Shown here: piece by piece, positions 27,117 to 36,937 of the stretch
How positions within the stretch are numbered: position 1 is the stretch's first letter
Layout: every line of letters begins with the position of its first letter
Source: Blastocatellia bacterium
Lineage (GTDB): Bacteria > Acidobacteriota > Blastocatellia > RBC074
Direction of reading: 5' to 3'
Length of the DNA stretch: 50,196 nucleotides
NCBI GenBank assembly: GCA_031423535.1
Contig: JANPFS010000932.1
Location: 1-50,196, forward strand
The notes under the pieces: generated by a model
Database searches by the model: none
Told to the model about the DNA's origin: nothing
The model's input: only the letters and a program-made list of their open reading frames with translations
Made by a program: the position numbers and the translations under genes

Positions 27117-27255
27117 GCCTAAACTTAGCCGGGACTTGGCTAAGTTTATAGGTGATGGCTGGACGCGATTTGTAGCAACGGAATGAACAGGCAGCAAAAT
27201 TTATAGGGTTGTGGTTGCTTCCAGCGATTTGTCCCGCAGCCGTCTCGAGCAATAC
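27117..27255. repeat. Copy 3 (truncated, left ~140 nt only) of the dispersed intergenic element
   Basis: Shares GCCTAAACTTAGCC...GGCTAAGTTTAT (hairpin 27121-27147), GAACAGGCAGC, GGTT, TTGTCCCGC and GTCTCGAG with copies 1 and 2. Similarity is lost before the stop of the 27322 gene. Confidence 0.6.
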
Positions 27256-27321
27256 GAAGGGCAGCCACAAGTTCCGCTTCCGGTCACGCCGACTCTGCTC
27301 ATCTCCCAACCTCAGCATTTC

Positions 27322-27543
27322 TCACGGCGTGTTGCGTTGTCGGTAGGCAGTTACAGCCTCAATCGCTCCCTCATGTATTTGTTCCGGGCGAACATAGCGC
27401 CAGTGCTTTTCAAACTCCTCTTCCGTCATTGCCGTTTGTACGGCGCGTTCTTTCGCTTTGAGCCACTTTTCCGCCCAGGCACGGATTTCGTCATTATGGT
27501 TAAGCGCCATGCGCGCTGCATGCATTGTGATGGGTTCATTCAT
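27322..27543 (-). CDS. Small helical hypothetical protein (73 aa)
   Basis: Clean ORF with charged helical composition. No family recognised. Confidence 0.45.
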   Translation of the reverse strand: MNEPITMHAARMALNHNDEIRAWAEKWLKAKERAVQTAMTEEEFEKHWRYVRPEQIHEGAIEAVTAYRQRNTP

Positions 27544-27656
27544 ATGAGGATTAGCCTACCATAAAAGTGCGCCAATCCGGGCGAACGTGGGGTGATGCAA
27601 ACTTCACTCCATCGCTAACTTTGGGTGAGAATTCACCCGCAGAGCAATTTTCTTTC

Positions 27657-28121
27657 CTATGCTTTCAAGCGCGGATCAAAGCGGAATTTCGCTGGCGCTG
27701 AGATGTGCAGCTTCCCGAAATCTTTGTGTTGCGGATTAAGCAGGAAATTGAACTCACTCGGAATAATGGCGGACGGTACTTTGAGCAACAGCGACGAACC
27801 GCGTTGCAGCCACGCGCTGCCGAGCGCCTGCGTCGTGACGGGTGGGTCTTCGTCCCACCAATCGGGTGCTAATGAGGCTGGGTCAATCGTCTCCACCTTG
27901 ATGCCCTTCGGAACCGTGACCGTGAGGCAGACATAGTCATCAGGCAGTGTTTGATGCGAGAAATGCACCAGACATTCGAGCGCCGCCAGCGCCAGCGAGC
28001 CGCCCAGATACACCACCGACTCACCATGATGATTCCAACGCCCACCGGCTAAACTGGCGCCCAACCCACTAAAGGCCGTCGCCTGATAGCGGCTACTGCA
28101 CAAGCGAAACAACACCATCAA
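27657..28121 (-). CDS. RES-domain toxin (type II TA; ParT/MbcT-like NAD-targeting family)
   Basis: LCSSRYQATAFSGLGASLAGGRWNHHGESVVYLGGSLALAALECLVH is the typical RES-domain N-terminus. There is a 4-nt overlap with the upstream antitoxin gene. Confidence 0.85.
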   Translation of the reverse strand: MMVLFRLCSSRYQATAFSGLGASLAGGRWNHHGESVVYLGGSLALAALECLVHFSHQTLPDDYVCLTVTVPKGIKVETIDPASLAPDWWDEDPPVTTQALGSAWLQRGSSLLLKVPSAIIPSEFNFLLNPQHKDFGKLHISAPAKFRFDPRLKA

Positions 28122-28579
28122 CTGAAGACTCCATGTTCGATGCGAATCAGCACATCCTCGACGCGCCGTGTCCCTTCGTCGGTGTCCAACAACGACAGCG
28201 GTGTTTGCATGTGCAGTGCGCGATTGGGTTCTTTGAGCCAGAGCCGCGCTTTGTCGCGTGAGCCAAACACTTCTTCGGTGCGCGCAATGATGCGCGCCAG
28301 CCGGTAAAGCCGATCCGATTCGACGGGGCTGAGCCGATTTTCCGCTTTGCGCCGCGCCCAGGTACGCGTGGAAACCGCGATGATCTTCTGCGCCAGATCG
28401 TCCGACAGTTCATAGAGTCCTTTGAGGAACAGCAGCGTGTCAAAGCGCAAGCCTCGTTGAATGGCGGGAATCAAACTCTGTTGTTTATTGGATTCTTTGC
28501 CGACGTATTTGGTGCCGCCGAGGATTTCGATGATTTTGTCGGTTTCGGTCATAGGCTTCTCCTTCTTGCCAAGTGGCAA
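28118..28579 (-). CDS. Xre-like antitoxin with DUF2384 (MbcA/ParS toxin-binding) domain
   Basis: C-terminal motif W...PN.AL....PL.LL.T..G...V...L.RI..G (ARLWLKEPNRALHMQTPLSLLDTDEGTRRVEDVLIRIEHGVFS). Located upstream of the RES gene and overlapping it. Confidence 0.85.
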   Translation of the reverse strand: MPLGKKEKPMTETDKIIEILGGTKYVGKESNKQQSLIPAIQRGLRFDTLLFLKGLYELSDDLAQKIIAVSTRTWARRKAENRLSPVESDRLYRLARIIARTEEVFGSRDKARLWLKEPNRALHMQTPLSLLDTDEGTRRVEDVLIRIEHGVFS

Positions 28580-28773
28580 CTACTCTATGACAGATTGGCA
28601 CAAGAGGCAATCGGAATTGAGGCGTGACAAAATAAGCTGCTGGTTGAGTGCTGCGCAATTGACATGTACCCTGTCCCTCCTCAGCTTAATGATCATTGGC
28701 TTGCCGTGGTGCCTTTGATTCGCGGCGTAAACAGTGAGGCGGAAGAACATTGTTAGAGGAGGTGGCTTGCGCT

Positions 28774-29463
28774 TCACTCTAACTGCTGCACCAAGTCGCG
28801 CGTAGCTTTCCACTCCTGCGTCGCCCGGGCTTCCAACTCCTCGAAGGCCGCCCCATACTCGGCTAACAAGGCGGCGGCTGGCGGGATGTTTTCAGGCTTC
28901 ATTAAACCGCCTATCCCCAGCGTATCCTGGACATCCTGCAAGGCTTTTTCCAGGCAATCCAACATGCGTTCGGCACTGTTGGCGACCGCGAAATCTTCGA
29001 AGGCTAGCTTGTCGAGTTTTTCGCCCAGTTCCAGTTCTTTCTCCGGGGATTGCAGCCCTAAAAAACGGAATATCTTGGCAAAAAAAGTCGCGCCAGCCGC
29101 CCCGCTGATTTTCACACTGTGTTCTCGTATCTTGCTGCAATGTGACCGGAGATCATCAATGTGATTGCGTAGGTTCTGTGCGTCCGTTTTGGACTGGATG
29201 AAATATTCATTAAACCGCGCGAGTTCTGTTCCTCTGGTGTCATAGGTGGTGGCGAAGCGAAAATTCGTGAGCACCGCAGACGCGCCTTTGATGACAAACA
29301 AACTTTTTCCTAACTCGGCTACCATCTCGCGCAGATCGTGCTGCGCCTCTGGGTGTTTGACCTTCAGGTAGTCTTTGCCATTTTTCACCGCCTCAGCAAT
29401 GGCTTGAACACTTTCGATCCCATCTTTGACGAGCGTTAATCCTTCGACGACATCTTTGATCAT
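28774..29463 (-). CDS. All-helical hypothetical protein (229 aa)
   Basis: Long ORF, no signal peptide, heptad-like charged helices. No family recognised. Confidence 0.6.
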   Translation of the reverse strand: MIKDVVEGLTLVKDGIESVQAIAEAVKNGKDYLKVKHPEAQHDLREMVAELGKSLFVIKGASAVLTNFRFATTYDTRGTELARFNEYFIQSKTDAQNLRNHIDDLRSHCSKIREHSVKISGAAGATFFAKIFRFLGLQSPEKELELGEKLDKLAFEDFAVANSAERMLDCLEKALQDVQDTLGIGGLMKPENIPPAAALLAEYGAAFEELEARATQEWKATRDLVQQLE

Positions 29464-29505
29464 AAATGAAATCCCTTCTATACAATTGGGGTTGTGGCTC
29501 CGTTC

Positions 29506-30468
29506 TTATGACAGCTTGGGCTGAAACGATTTCATCATTTCAATAAATTTCTCCGGTGTGGCAAAGCCCGCTTCTTGCTGCCAAGCCAGCACTCGTTGGT
29601 GGAGATTGTCTGCTGTGTAGGGCGTGCTTTCTTGAAAAGCACGCGAAGCCGGAATAATAGTGATGAGGACTTGCGCGTTTTCGATGGAAAGCTGGAAGGT
29701 TTCGGCTTTGTTCTTCGGCGGAACCGTAACGCCAAGCAGTTTCATATTCAAGTACACGGATCCTTCGCCGAGATTATCTTTAGGGCCGACATCGCCAATG
29801 ATTGCCGCACTGAACCGCTGTGTTGTCGGATGGTAGGCTACCAACAAATCGCCGACTTTGGCTCCGAAATTGCGCACGACATTTTGTCCGCCGACCAAAA
29901 CCAGCGCCGGCACTGCCAGCGGGTTTACCTGGTCATTAATTGCGCACTCCCCCTTATCGCCAGTGATTCGATTCTTGAGCGCGGTCAGCGAGCCGAAATA
30001 GCCCGCAAACTCCCCCGTTTTGAAGACGCAGGGGACATCTTTCCCATTTTCCTTACTCGTGGCCAGAACATTGGCCCAAGTGATGCGATAACCCGGTGGC
30101 ATCGTCTGATAGTCGGCGTCCCGGAATCGCTCAAAAACGCCGATGGCCTCGCTAAAGCTGGTGAAGCAAAGATTCTTCGTAGCAGCGCCTTTCCGCACCA
30201 CGATGGCGTTACAAATGTTATTGAGGGCTTTGTCTTTCCCACGCGGGTCTTGCGGGTGATACGACAAAGGTGATCCATCAGTATTTACCCGCAGCTTCGT
30301 CTGAAACAAAATGATTTGTTTTTGCGAAGTCGCTTCTTTGAGCAGCAGAACCTTCTTATTCTGCGGCGCAAAAAGACCTGTTTGCGAAACCGTGAAATGC
30401 TGCGCCCTGACAACTGAAGTGGCCGCCAACAAAACCGCCGCAATGGTTCCCCAAGAATGCCTGTTCAT
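29506..30468 (-). CDS. Secreted hypothetical protein (320 aa), weak resemblance to GH75 chitosanase-like proteins
   Basis: Signal peptide AAVLLAATSVVRA. The segment AAIIGDVGPKDNLGEGSVYLNMKL resembles the GD.GP...GE.S motif of GH75-like folds. The product call is tentative. Confidence 0.6.
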   Translation of the reverse strand: MNRHSWGTIAAVLLAATSVVRAQHFTVSQTGLFAPQNKKVLLLKEATSQKQIILFQTKLRVNTDGSPLSYHPQDPRGKDKALNNICNAIVVRKGAATKNLCFTSFSEAIGVFERFRDADYQTMPPGYRITWANVLATSKENGKDVPCVFKTGEFAGYFGSLTALKNRITGDKGECAINDQVNPLAVPALVLVGGQNVVRNFGAKVGDLLVAYHPTTQRFSAAIIGDVGPKDNLGEGSVYLNMKLLGVTVPPKNKAETFQLSIENAQVLITIIPASRAFQESTPYTADNLHQRVLAWQQEAGFATPEKFIEMMKSFQPKLS

Positions 30469-31439
30469 GATTCCTCCTGTCGCTCATTGGGAGGAGCGAA
30501 GAGATTCCGGCTTCTGGACAAAACTCCGGATCAAGGGGTAAGCCATAAGCACATAACGCTACCGCGAAACTTTGCCGCCAGCCCTGTCAATCCATGCCGG
30601 ATGGCACTTCTTCTGCTGACGATCCTGGACGTGAAACCTGTTTAGCCTAGTGGCTGAAAATAACTTCCCTGAGAAACAAAAAATAGCTATTGGACAAATG
30701 CAGTCTACGCTCGATGTTAAGGCAGGGCAATGACTTTTTGACCGCCGTGACAGCAGCTTGGCGCTGGCAAGCCCTCCAAAAGCAAGGACTGATTTTCCAC
30801 TCGGTTTGTTGCCCAGTCATTTGAATTCCCAAAGTGATAATCAAACCGAGTCATTTCTCTTCTTGGCCGGCATTTTGTTGCGGCGGGCCGGAAAGGAGGA
30901 AAGAGATGGAGTGTGCAGGCAGGGTCGCAATGAAATCCCCGTGGAACGCTATGCTTGGCAGTGCAATTCACCTCACCGCAAATAAACCTTCCCGACCATC
31001 CTATCCTCTGAAGAAAAAGAAAGGCCAGCCTTACGACCGGCTGATTTCTACAGCAGGTCTCTGCCAGGCGGAAACGGCTGCCAAAGGCGGGAAACGTAAA
31101 CTATTCCCGTTGGGATTTGATTGCAACTAAATAACGAGAGCTTATGCGCAGCAGCAATCTGTGTCTCCATGAAAGCCGCTTATACCAGGCTTGATCCCCC
31201 TCACCAAAAGCGCCAATGATGGAGAATAAGGAGACTCTTTTGCGCCAGAAACAGAAGCTCTTCGCTGTATTGCTGGCGGTCGCCATCCTCTTCGGTGGAT
31301 TGCTCGCCCTCGCATCCGTCCAGTTCATGGTCGGGCTTGCGTTTTACGGAGGAGGCTTGACTGAAGGCCAGCCACGACGCAGTAAGCCCAGCACAATTTT
31401 CATCTGGGTCTCCTTCTTTGCTTCGTTCCTACGTTGCGT

Positions 31440-34400
31440 TTAAGGCGCAAGATTGAGTTGCACCGGGTTCGTTGTTTTGCCCGCAATCGTTACGGTGACA
31501 TTGACCAGCCCTTTGCCGCGCAAAGCGGGCGGCAACAAAATGTTGATTTGATCCAAGCCAACAAATTGTCCTTGTGGCCCGGCATACTGAACCGGCAAGG
31601 TTACATCCCCGATTTGGGCGGAGAGGGTCGCGTTCGGATCGCGCTTTCTCAGCCCTGTGGCATATAACACGAGATAGGTTTGTTCACCTTCTTCACCAAT
31701 CTTAATCGGGCGGGCGACGAATAGAGGTTTGCCTTGCTCGTCGGTTCTGACTTCCGCGATGGGTTCGTAAACATCGGGCTGTCCGGCTCGCACCCGTTGA
31801 ATGTTGGCGGCAGCGACTCCTTTGCCCGTAGAATCCGCCGAAAAAACATTCGGCGCAATGTTCTCCACTTGAATCTCGCCAATGGCGTAGAGCGGGGAAT
31901 TGGAAAAGCCATTGTTGGTAGCATAATTGAGAATGTGAATTTGTAGCGTACCGGCGGGCGTGTCTTCCGGGAGATAAAAATTAATTTGCGTGGGCGAGGC
32001 GTATAACAACGATGCGGTGATTAATCCTCGCACCGGAAAATTGATTTGCACGCCAATATCGGCCAGGTACTGCGGAAGAGGCAAGGAGGGGGCAGCTTGG
32101 CTGCGATTGGTCAAGTCCGCATAAAACGCTGTGGCCAGGGAGCCAGGGGCAACCGTTCGTTGGTAATCTGCTGCTGTGGTCACGCTCACTTCATTGCCTC
32201 CCTGCAACACTTCAAATCTTTGTCCGGCAATTGTCACCGCACCTTTGCGAAATCCGCCGGGATTGGCGGTAGTGGTAAGAACGACTTGCGGAGAAGCAGA
32301 GGCGACAGCAAGCCAGCTTGTCTCACTCGTAATACTGACGGGACAATTCGTCCCGGTAGCCACCTGAAATCTGTATTCGCCGCCTTGCGGGCCAGTATGA
32401 ATTTTGTCTGGATAGCCGGTGTTGACTTTGGCATAGGAACAAGGCGCATCTTGAATGAGCGTGAAACTTCGTCCAGCAATCGTCACCGTCGCTTGTCGTT
32501 TAGCGCCTGTATTTTGCGCGAACGCCAGTGTGATCGCCTGATTTCCTTTGCCGGATGCGCCGCTGGGAACCGTGATCCAATTGGCGGTACTCTGCACCGT
32601 CCAATCACAGTCGCTACGATTACAAGTGAGATTTGTTGTAAAACTCGTAGTCGCAGCAGGCAGGAACGTTTCGCCTTGTTTGTCGAGATTGTAAGTGCAA
32701 CCCGCGGGGCCAACGCTGAGCAATTTTAGTTGATAGCTGCCCGGTTTGCCGTGCACACGCAGGGTATATGTGCCAGTGGTCGGGAACTCCGCGTAGCCTG
32801 TTTGCGGGTAGCGCGCGGTACCTTTTCGCTCGTAATCATAAATTGACCAATGCCAGCCTGCATCGCCCGCCAGTTCGGCTGTGATTTCTGTGCTGAGCGC
32901 GGCGCTTAACTCAATCGCAACTTGTTCTCCGGCAACCGCATTGAATTGATAAAAATCCACCTGTTCGCCTGCGATGGCCCAGGCACAGTCATTGGCGCTC
33001 AGCGTGCCGTCAATGGTTTGCCCCATCTGAATAGATTGCCGATTACAGTCACTCCCAATCGGCGCTTGCGTGATGTTTTGGATAACCTGATCTTCCATTT
33101 TCAGGGCATATTTTCGCTCTGTGAATTCGGTATTCGCAGGAACCGTATACGAAATGGTTCTGTCCCCTGTCCCATAGCCAGTATTCTCATAAAAATCATT
33201 GCGGATAATCTGAATGAGAGAAGTGCTGCTCAACGTGCCGTCTGAATACACCCGATACGGAGAAAGGCCCCAGCTACAGGTAAGCCCACCTGTCTGCTTC
33301 ACCATGACCTGCTGTTGGCCGCCAGCGGGCGGCACATTGACCTGACTGGGGGAGAAAATGAGATTGCTGATGCCTGTACATTTGGCGTATTGCTTTACGA
33401 TGAAGGGCTGCTGATGATAGCGCACTACGGTATAGCGTTGTTTCGTATTCGCAATATTGTTGTAATAACCACTGAAGTGAAGTTCATTGAGAATTTGATT
33501 ATGCGTCCCCGAAAGCCAGTTATCTACGTCCCATTCGTCACCTGCGCCGTAAAGTCGAGAACAACTATTCCCGATGGCAGTCACTTTCGCGGGGAAAACC
33601 CCCTTCTCTCGATTCAACGGCAGTCCCCAGGCATCCAGTTCAAACCGTGTGGGAGCGAATTCGTAGCGGCAGCCCGGCGTGAGGGTAAAGTTGAAAAGCC
33701 CCGATTGCGGGAATTCCGTAGGCAATTTGGCATATTCAATAACATAGTTCCCCGTATCGGGAACGATGATCTGCGTAGTGTCTTCGATCCGCAGGATTTT
33801 CCCATTGGGATAGATCAAATTGAAAATCCCGACATAGACTCGACCGTGTGTGTTGATAGTAATAAGCCGTCCTGCCTCTGCATCAAAGGAATAACGCAGT
33901 GCCGGAAGAGATGAATCAAATGCAGAGGTGCAGGTTGACATATTCAGATTGCCTGAAACTTGCTGGTTGAATTCTATCTTTATCGGCGCACAAGGCGGCT
34001 CAGGCGATTTGCCGTCCTGATAAATTATGGCATTGCGCCCGATCTGCGGCATTGAAATAATCGCCAAGCGGGGCTGATCGCTTGTGTTGGGCGCGACTTG
34101 AAATGACACATCACCTAAGCCGGTGCCGCTGGTTGCTGACGTGAGCGACACCCAACTGAAATCAGTCTGTGCTTGCCAGGGGCAGGCATCTCCGCCGATC
34201 TTGGGCACGATAGTAAATGCTCCCTGTCCGCCTTTGTTGCTATAGGAAAATTTCCTTTCTGTCAGTGCATAGCGGCAAATTTCGCCATTCGTCAGATAAT
34301 AGCCAAACGCGCCGAACATGCGCGAAAAACGCGGATACCAATCCACGCCAGCCTGATTTTCGCAACTGGATTCTCCGCCCGACAAGAAGCCAATCAATTG

Positions 34401-35660
34401 GGTCTGGCTACCGGTTCCGATGAACAGTCCTGAGCCGGAAGACCCGGGCTCGGTGATGCCCTGATCCCAGCGGACTTTAAGGTAATAATCACAAAATCCC
34501 GGCGGCACTTCCGCCGGGCAAGCGGCGTCTACAATTTTCCCGAACGCGGCGCGTTTGTAATCGGCTTGCGGATGGTGAATGCCTGTGACAGCGGTGCCGA
34601 CGGGACGTGAAGTTGTGCTCCAACCTGAGTAAACAACGCCACCCGGCGGCTTAGCGCTGAGTTGCAATAACGCATAATCATCCACTTCATCCGTGACGAT
34701 CAACTGCGCGCCGCGCGTGGGCGTCGAAGTGGGTTCTGGCCCCGAATCATAGCGCCAATAGACTTCTGCCGAGCCAGCTTCAGTAGCATTCCCAATGCAA
34801 TGATTCGCCGTCAAAAAATACGGCGTGCCCGTCCGCTTGATGTCTGAAAGTAGCGTTCCACTGCAAGCATACTCGCCGTCCGTTTTCACGAAGGTGATCA
34901 AGGCCGTCGCACGTGCTGCTTCATTGAACTCTGCCGGAACTTCCGCGTTGCAATTGGCGGCTGCTTCCAGCCGACGCTTGTCCTCCGCTTTACTTTGAAG
35001 TGTACGCGGGTGGCGAAAAATATGACTGACGGCATCTATTTGAAACGGGATAACACTGCTTTCCAGCTTGGCATTGGTGGGCACAAAACATTCGAGCAGG
35101 ATTGCTTCGCCCGGCAGTGAGGGCGTCCAAAGCTCCCCCGCAGTCTTGGTATAGGGCGGGGAAAAAAGCTGGGGATTTTGCCGGGAAGAAACAAACAGCC
35201 TGGCTCCTTCAGGCAAATTCAAGGTTTTGATGTGTAATCGCAGCGCAGTGGCTTGTGGGCTGATAATACGCAGCAAATACAACGTTCCCTCCGGCGTGGA
35301 TAATTTCGTCAATTCACTCAGGCCCGCGATGCTTTGTGGCAAGGGGCGCACCAGACCGATGCGGAACTTCTTTTTGTCTGGCGGCGGTTGCTGTTCTGTC
35401 GTACTAATTTCCTTGAGCCGCAGGACGCGCACAGTAGCCCAATCCACCTCCGGCCTGACCAGCAGACTTAATGGCGCTTGTCCTAGCTTCGCCTGAGCTT
35501 CAAGAGAGGCGGGAGTGGGTTTTTCTTTTTCCTCTTCGGCGCGGTAGCTAGACGCAGAAAATTGCCCCTTTACCGCCTGAGAAAAAACGAGCAGAAAAAG
35601 GAAATTGAACGGGAGCAGCGAGCGGAAAATATAGTTTAATGAGGAGATAAATCTTTGCAT
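31440..35660 (-). CDS. 1406-aa secreted multidomain S1 (trypsin-like, lysyl/glutamyl-endopeptidase-like) serine protease with PPC-like, BACON-like and TIGR03437-like C-terminal domains
   Basis: Catalytic triad context LTANHCIG, DDYALLQL and GSSGSGLF. Two pre-peptidase-C-terminal-like segments (D.Y.F.A.AG..V.I). Repeated W...WI/WL....SG.G domains. C-terminal INFYLPEDTPAGT ... LYATGLR ... YAGPQGQFVGLDQINILLP. Confidence 0.85.
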   Translation of the reverse strand: MQRFISSLNYIFRSLLPFNFLFLLVFSQAVKGQFSASSYRAEEEKEKPTPASLEAQAKLGQAPLSLLVRPEVDWATVRVLRLKEISTTEQQPPPDKKKFRIGLVRPLPQSIAGLSELTKLSTPEGTLYLLRIISPQATALRLHIKTLNLPEGARLFVSSRQNPQLFSPPYTKTAGELWTPSLPGEAILLECFVPTNAKLESSVIPFQIDAVSHIFRHPRTLQSKAEDKRRLEAAANCNAEVPAEFNEAARATALITFVKTDGEYACSGTLLSDIKRTGTPYFLTANHCIGNATEAGSAEVYWRYDSGPEPTSTPTRGAQLIVTDEVDDYALLQLSAKPPGGVVYSGWSTTSRPVGTAVTGIHHPQADYKRAAFGKIVDAACPAEVPPGFCDYYLKVRWDQGITEPGSSGSGLFIGTGSQTQLIGFLSGGESSCENQAGVDWYPRFSRMFGAFGYYLTNGEICRYALTERKFSYSNKGGQGAFTIVPKIGGDACPWQAQTDFSWVSLTSATSGTGLGDVSFQVAPNTSDQPRLAIISMPQIGRNAIIYQDGKSPEPPCAPIKIEFNQQVSGNLNMSTCTSAFDSSLPALRYSFDAEAGRLITINTHGRVYVGIFNLIYPNGKILRIEDTTQIIVPDTGNYVIEYAKLPTEFPQSGLFNFTLTPGCRYEFAPTRFELDAWGLPLNREKGVFPAKVTAIGNSCSRLYGAGDEWDVDNWLSGTHNQILNELHFSGYYNNIANTKQRYTVVRYHQQPFIVKQYAKCTGISNLIFSPSQVNVPPAGGQQQVMVKQTGGLTCSWGLSPYRVYSDGTLSSTSLIQIIRNDFYENTGYGTGDRTISYTVPANTEFTERKYALKMEDQVIQNITQAPIGSDCNRQSIQMGQTIDGTLSANDCAWAIAGEQVDFYQFNAVAGEQVAIELSAALSTEITAELAGDAGWHWSIYDYERKGTARYPQTGYAEFPTTGTYTLRVHGKPGSYQLKLLSVGPAGCTYNLDKQGETFLPAATTSFTTNLTCNRSDCDWTVQSTANWITVPSGASGKGNQAITLAFAQNTGAKRQATVTIAGRSFTLIQDAPCSYAKVNTGYPDKIHTGPQGGEYRFQVATGTNCPVSITSETSWLAVASASPQVVLTTTANPGGFRKGAVTIAGQRFEVLQGGNEVSVTTAADYQRTVAPGSLATAFYADLTNRSQAAPSLPLPQYLADIGVQINFPVRGLITASLLYASPTQINFYLPEDTPAGTLQIHILNYATNNGFSNSPLYAIGEIQVENIAPNVFSADSTGKGVAAANIQRVRAGQPDVYEPIAEVRTDEQGKPLFVARPIKIGEEGEQTYLVLYATGLRKRDPNATLSAQIGDVTLPVQYAGPQGQFVGLDQINILLPPALRGKGLVNVTVTIAGKTTNPVQLNLAP

Positions 35661-36088
35661 GCGGTGTTCCGGGTTAGAAGGCTTGCGCGGCCCTGGAAAT
35701 TAATGGTGGTCACACAATCACGGCTTTGAGAGTAAATGAGATTGCAGTGATTTAGAGAGGGCGGAGAAATACTATGGATGCAATCTCTGTCCGTCAAGAA
35801 ATTTGTTTCGCGCGCAAGAAAGCGGCCCCCGACACTCTCAATGCCCCAACCGGAGCGAAACTGCGCGCAGCGGCAGCAAGGGTCACTCCAACTCCTGCTC
35901 ACGACCCCAAGCCAAAATTTCCATGGTTCCTTTTCGCCCCGGCAGCAGGAGGCTCTCCTTCGCCCGCCAGGAAATAAGGGCAAAACGTGAGAATCAAACC
36001 GCACAGATGCAGGGTGGCCTGCGACGGACAGTATATAGGGCAGAGGAAAGTTTACCGCGCCCCTGACGCGATTCGTAGGAGCGCCGGA

Positions 36089-36937
36089 TCATCCGTTTGA
36101 TTCGCGCCGCGCAAAATGGGACGCATTCGTTTGGAATTCCTGATTGACGGCACGCACAGTAAAGGCACTGGGCTGAAAATCTCGTCCTGCCAACTCGCGC
36201 CATTCTCGATAATCCCGATGGCGCCGATTCCTGAGTATGTGCATCATCTCAATGTAGCCCCACGGTCCGCCACAATCTTCGGGTGGGCAAGCCCGCTGCC
36301 CAGCCACACAGCGCTGATAAAACGTGCGCTTCGTTGCCAGCACGATTTTCTCGACCGTAATGCAGTGTCGCCAATCATCGCCGAAATCATATTGATAGGT
36401 GAACGAATCGCCTTCGTGCAAAACATCACCAACAAGGGCTGTCTCGCTTATGTCCTCACCATCATACGGATCGCGCAAATAAAACTTATGTAAATGGAAG
36501 CCTTCCCAGCCCATCGCTATTTGAATCATGGTGCTGAGTTGGAGCAGCGTGTGATCGTCATAAAGCTGTACACGTCGCCAGACGACAGGCCGCACACCTT
36601 CAAGCGTGATCTTGAGTTGAAAGACGAGCGCAGGCGGCGTTGATTTCGTTTTGGGCGTAGTGCGCTTGCGTGTTTTGGGTTGGCTGGGCGGATAAAGTTC
36701 GAGATCGTCGTCGAGGATGGCCTCAATGCTGACGCCACCGGCACGGGCGTAAGCTAGCAGCAGCAACAAGTCGGGTTCGCGCTGCCCAGTCTCGAATTGC
36801 GACACGTAATGCCGTGCCCGCATTCCATCCAGTTGGAGGCGAGTCATGAGTTCACTCTGCGACAATTGCAGGTGTTGGCGGATCGCACGCAGTTTCTCGC
36901 CCAACCGGAAGGGGCGAAGGCGGGCCGCTTTTCCCAT
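36089..36937 (-). CDS. XRE-family HTH fused to a pRiA4b ORF-3-like (PF07929-type) domain, 282 aa
   Basis: The N-terminus LGEKLRAIRQHLQLSQSELMTRL is an HTH_XRE. The C-terminal FQLKITLEGVRPVVWRRVQLYDDHTLLQLSTMIQIAMGWEGFHLHKF ... YQYDFGDDWRH ... CPPEDCGGPWGY is the PRiA4_ORF3 signature. RBS AAAGGAGA. Confidence 0.8.
   Translation of the reverse strand: MGKAARLRPFRLGEKLRAIRQHLQLSQSELMTRLQLDGMRARHYVSQFETGQREPDLLLLLAYARAGGVSIEAILDDDLELYPPSQPKTRKRTTPKTKSTPPALVFQLKITLEGVRPVVWRRVQLYDDHTLLQLSTMIQIAMGWEGFHLHKFYLRDPYDGEDISETALVGDVLHEGDSFTYQYDFGDDWRHCITVEKIVLATKRTFYQRCVAGQRACPPEDCGGPWGYIEMMHILRNRRHRDYREWRELAGRDFQPSAFTVRAVNQEFQTNASHFARRESNG

Noticed and set aside
29575-30273. 232-aa plus-strand ORF opposite the 320-aa secreted protein gene
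   Set aside because: Antisense shadow ORF. The minus-strand product has a signal peptide and better composition.
31216-31443. 75-aa plus-strand ORF with one hydrophobic helix, and a weak minus-strand hairpin plus T-run near 31010-31043
   Set aside because: The ORF has no RBS and its end overlaps the convergent protease gene. The hairpin stem is only 5 bp. The evidence is insufficient for either feature.
32046-33914. Plus-strand ORFs of 227, 107 and 199 aa opposite the 1406-aa protease gene
   Set aside because: They are antisense to a continuous 4.2-kb ORF with clear protease motifs, and they have no motifs of their own.
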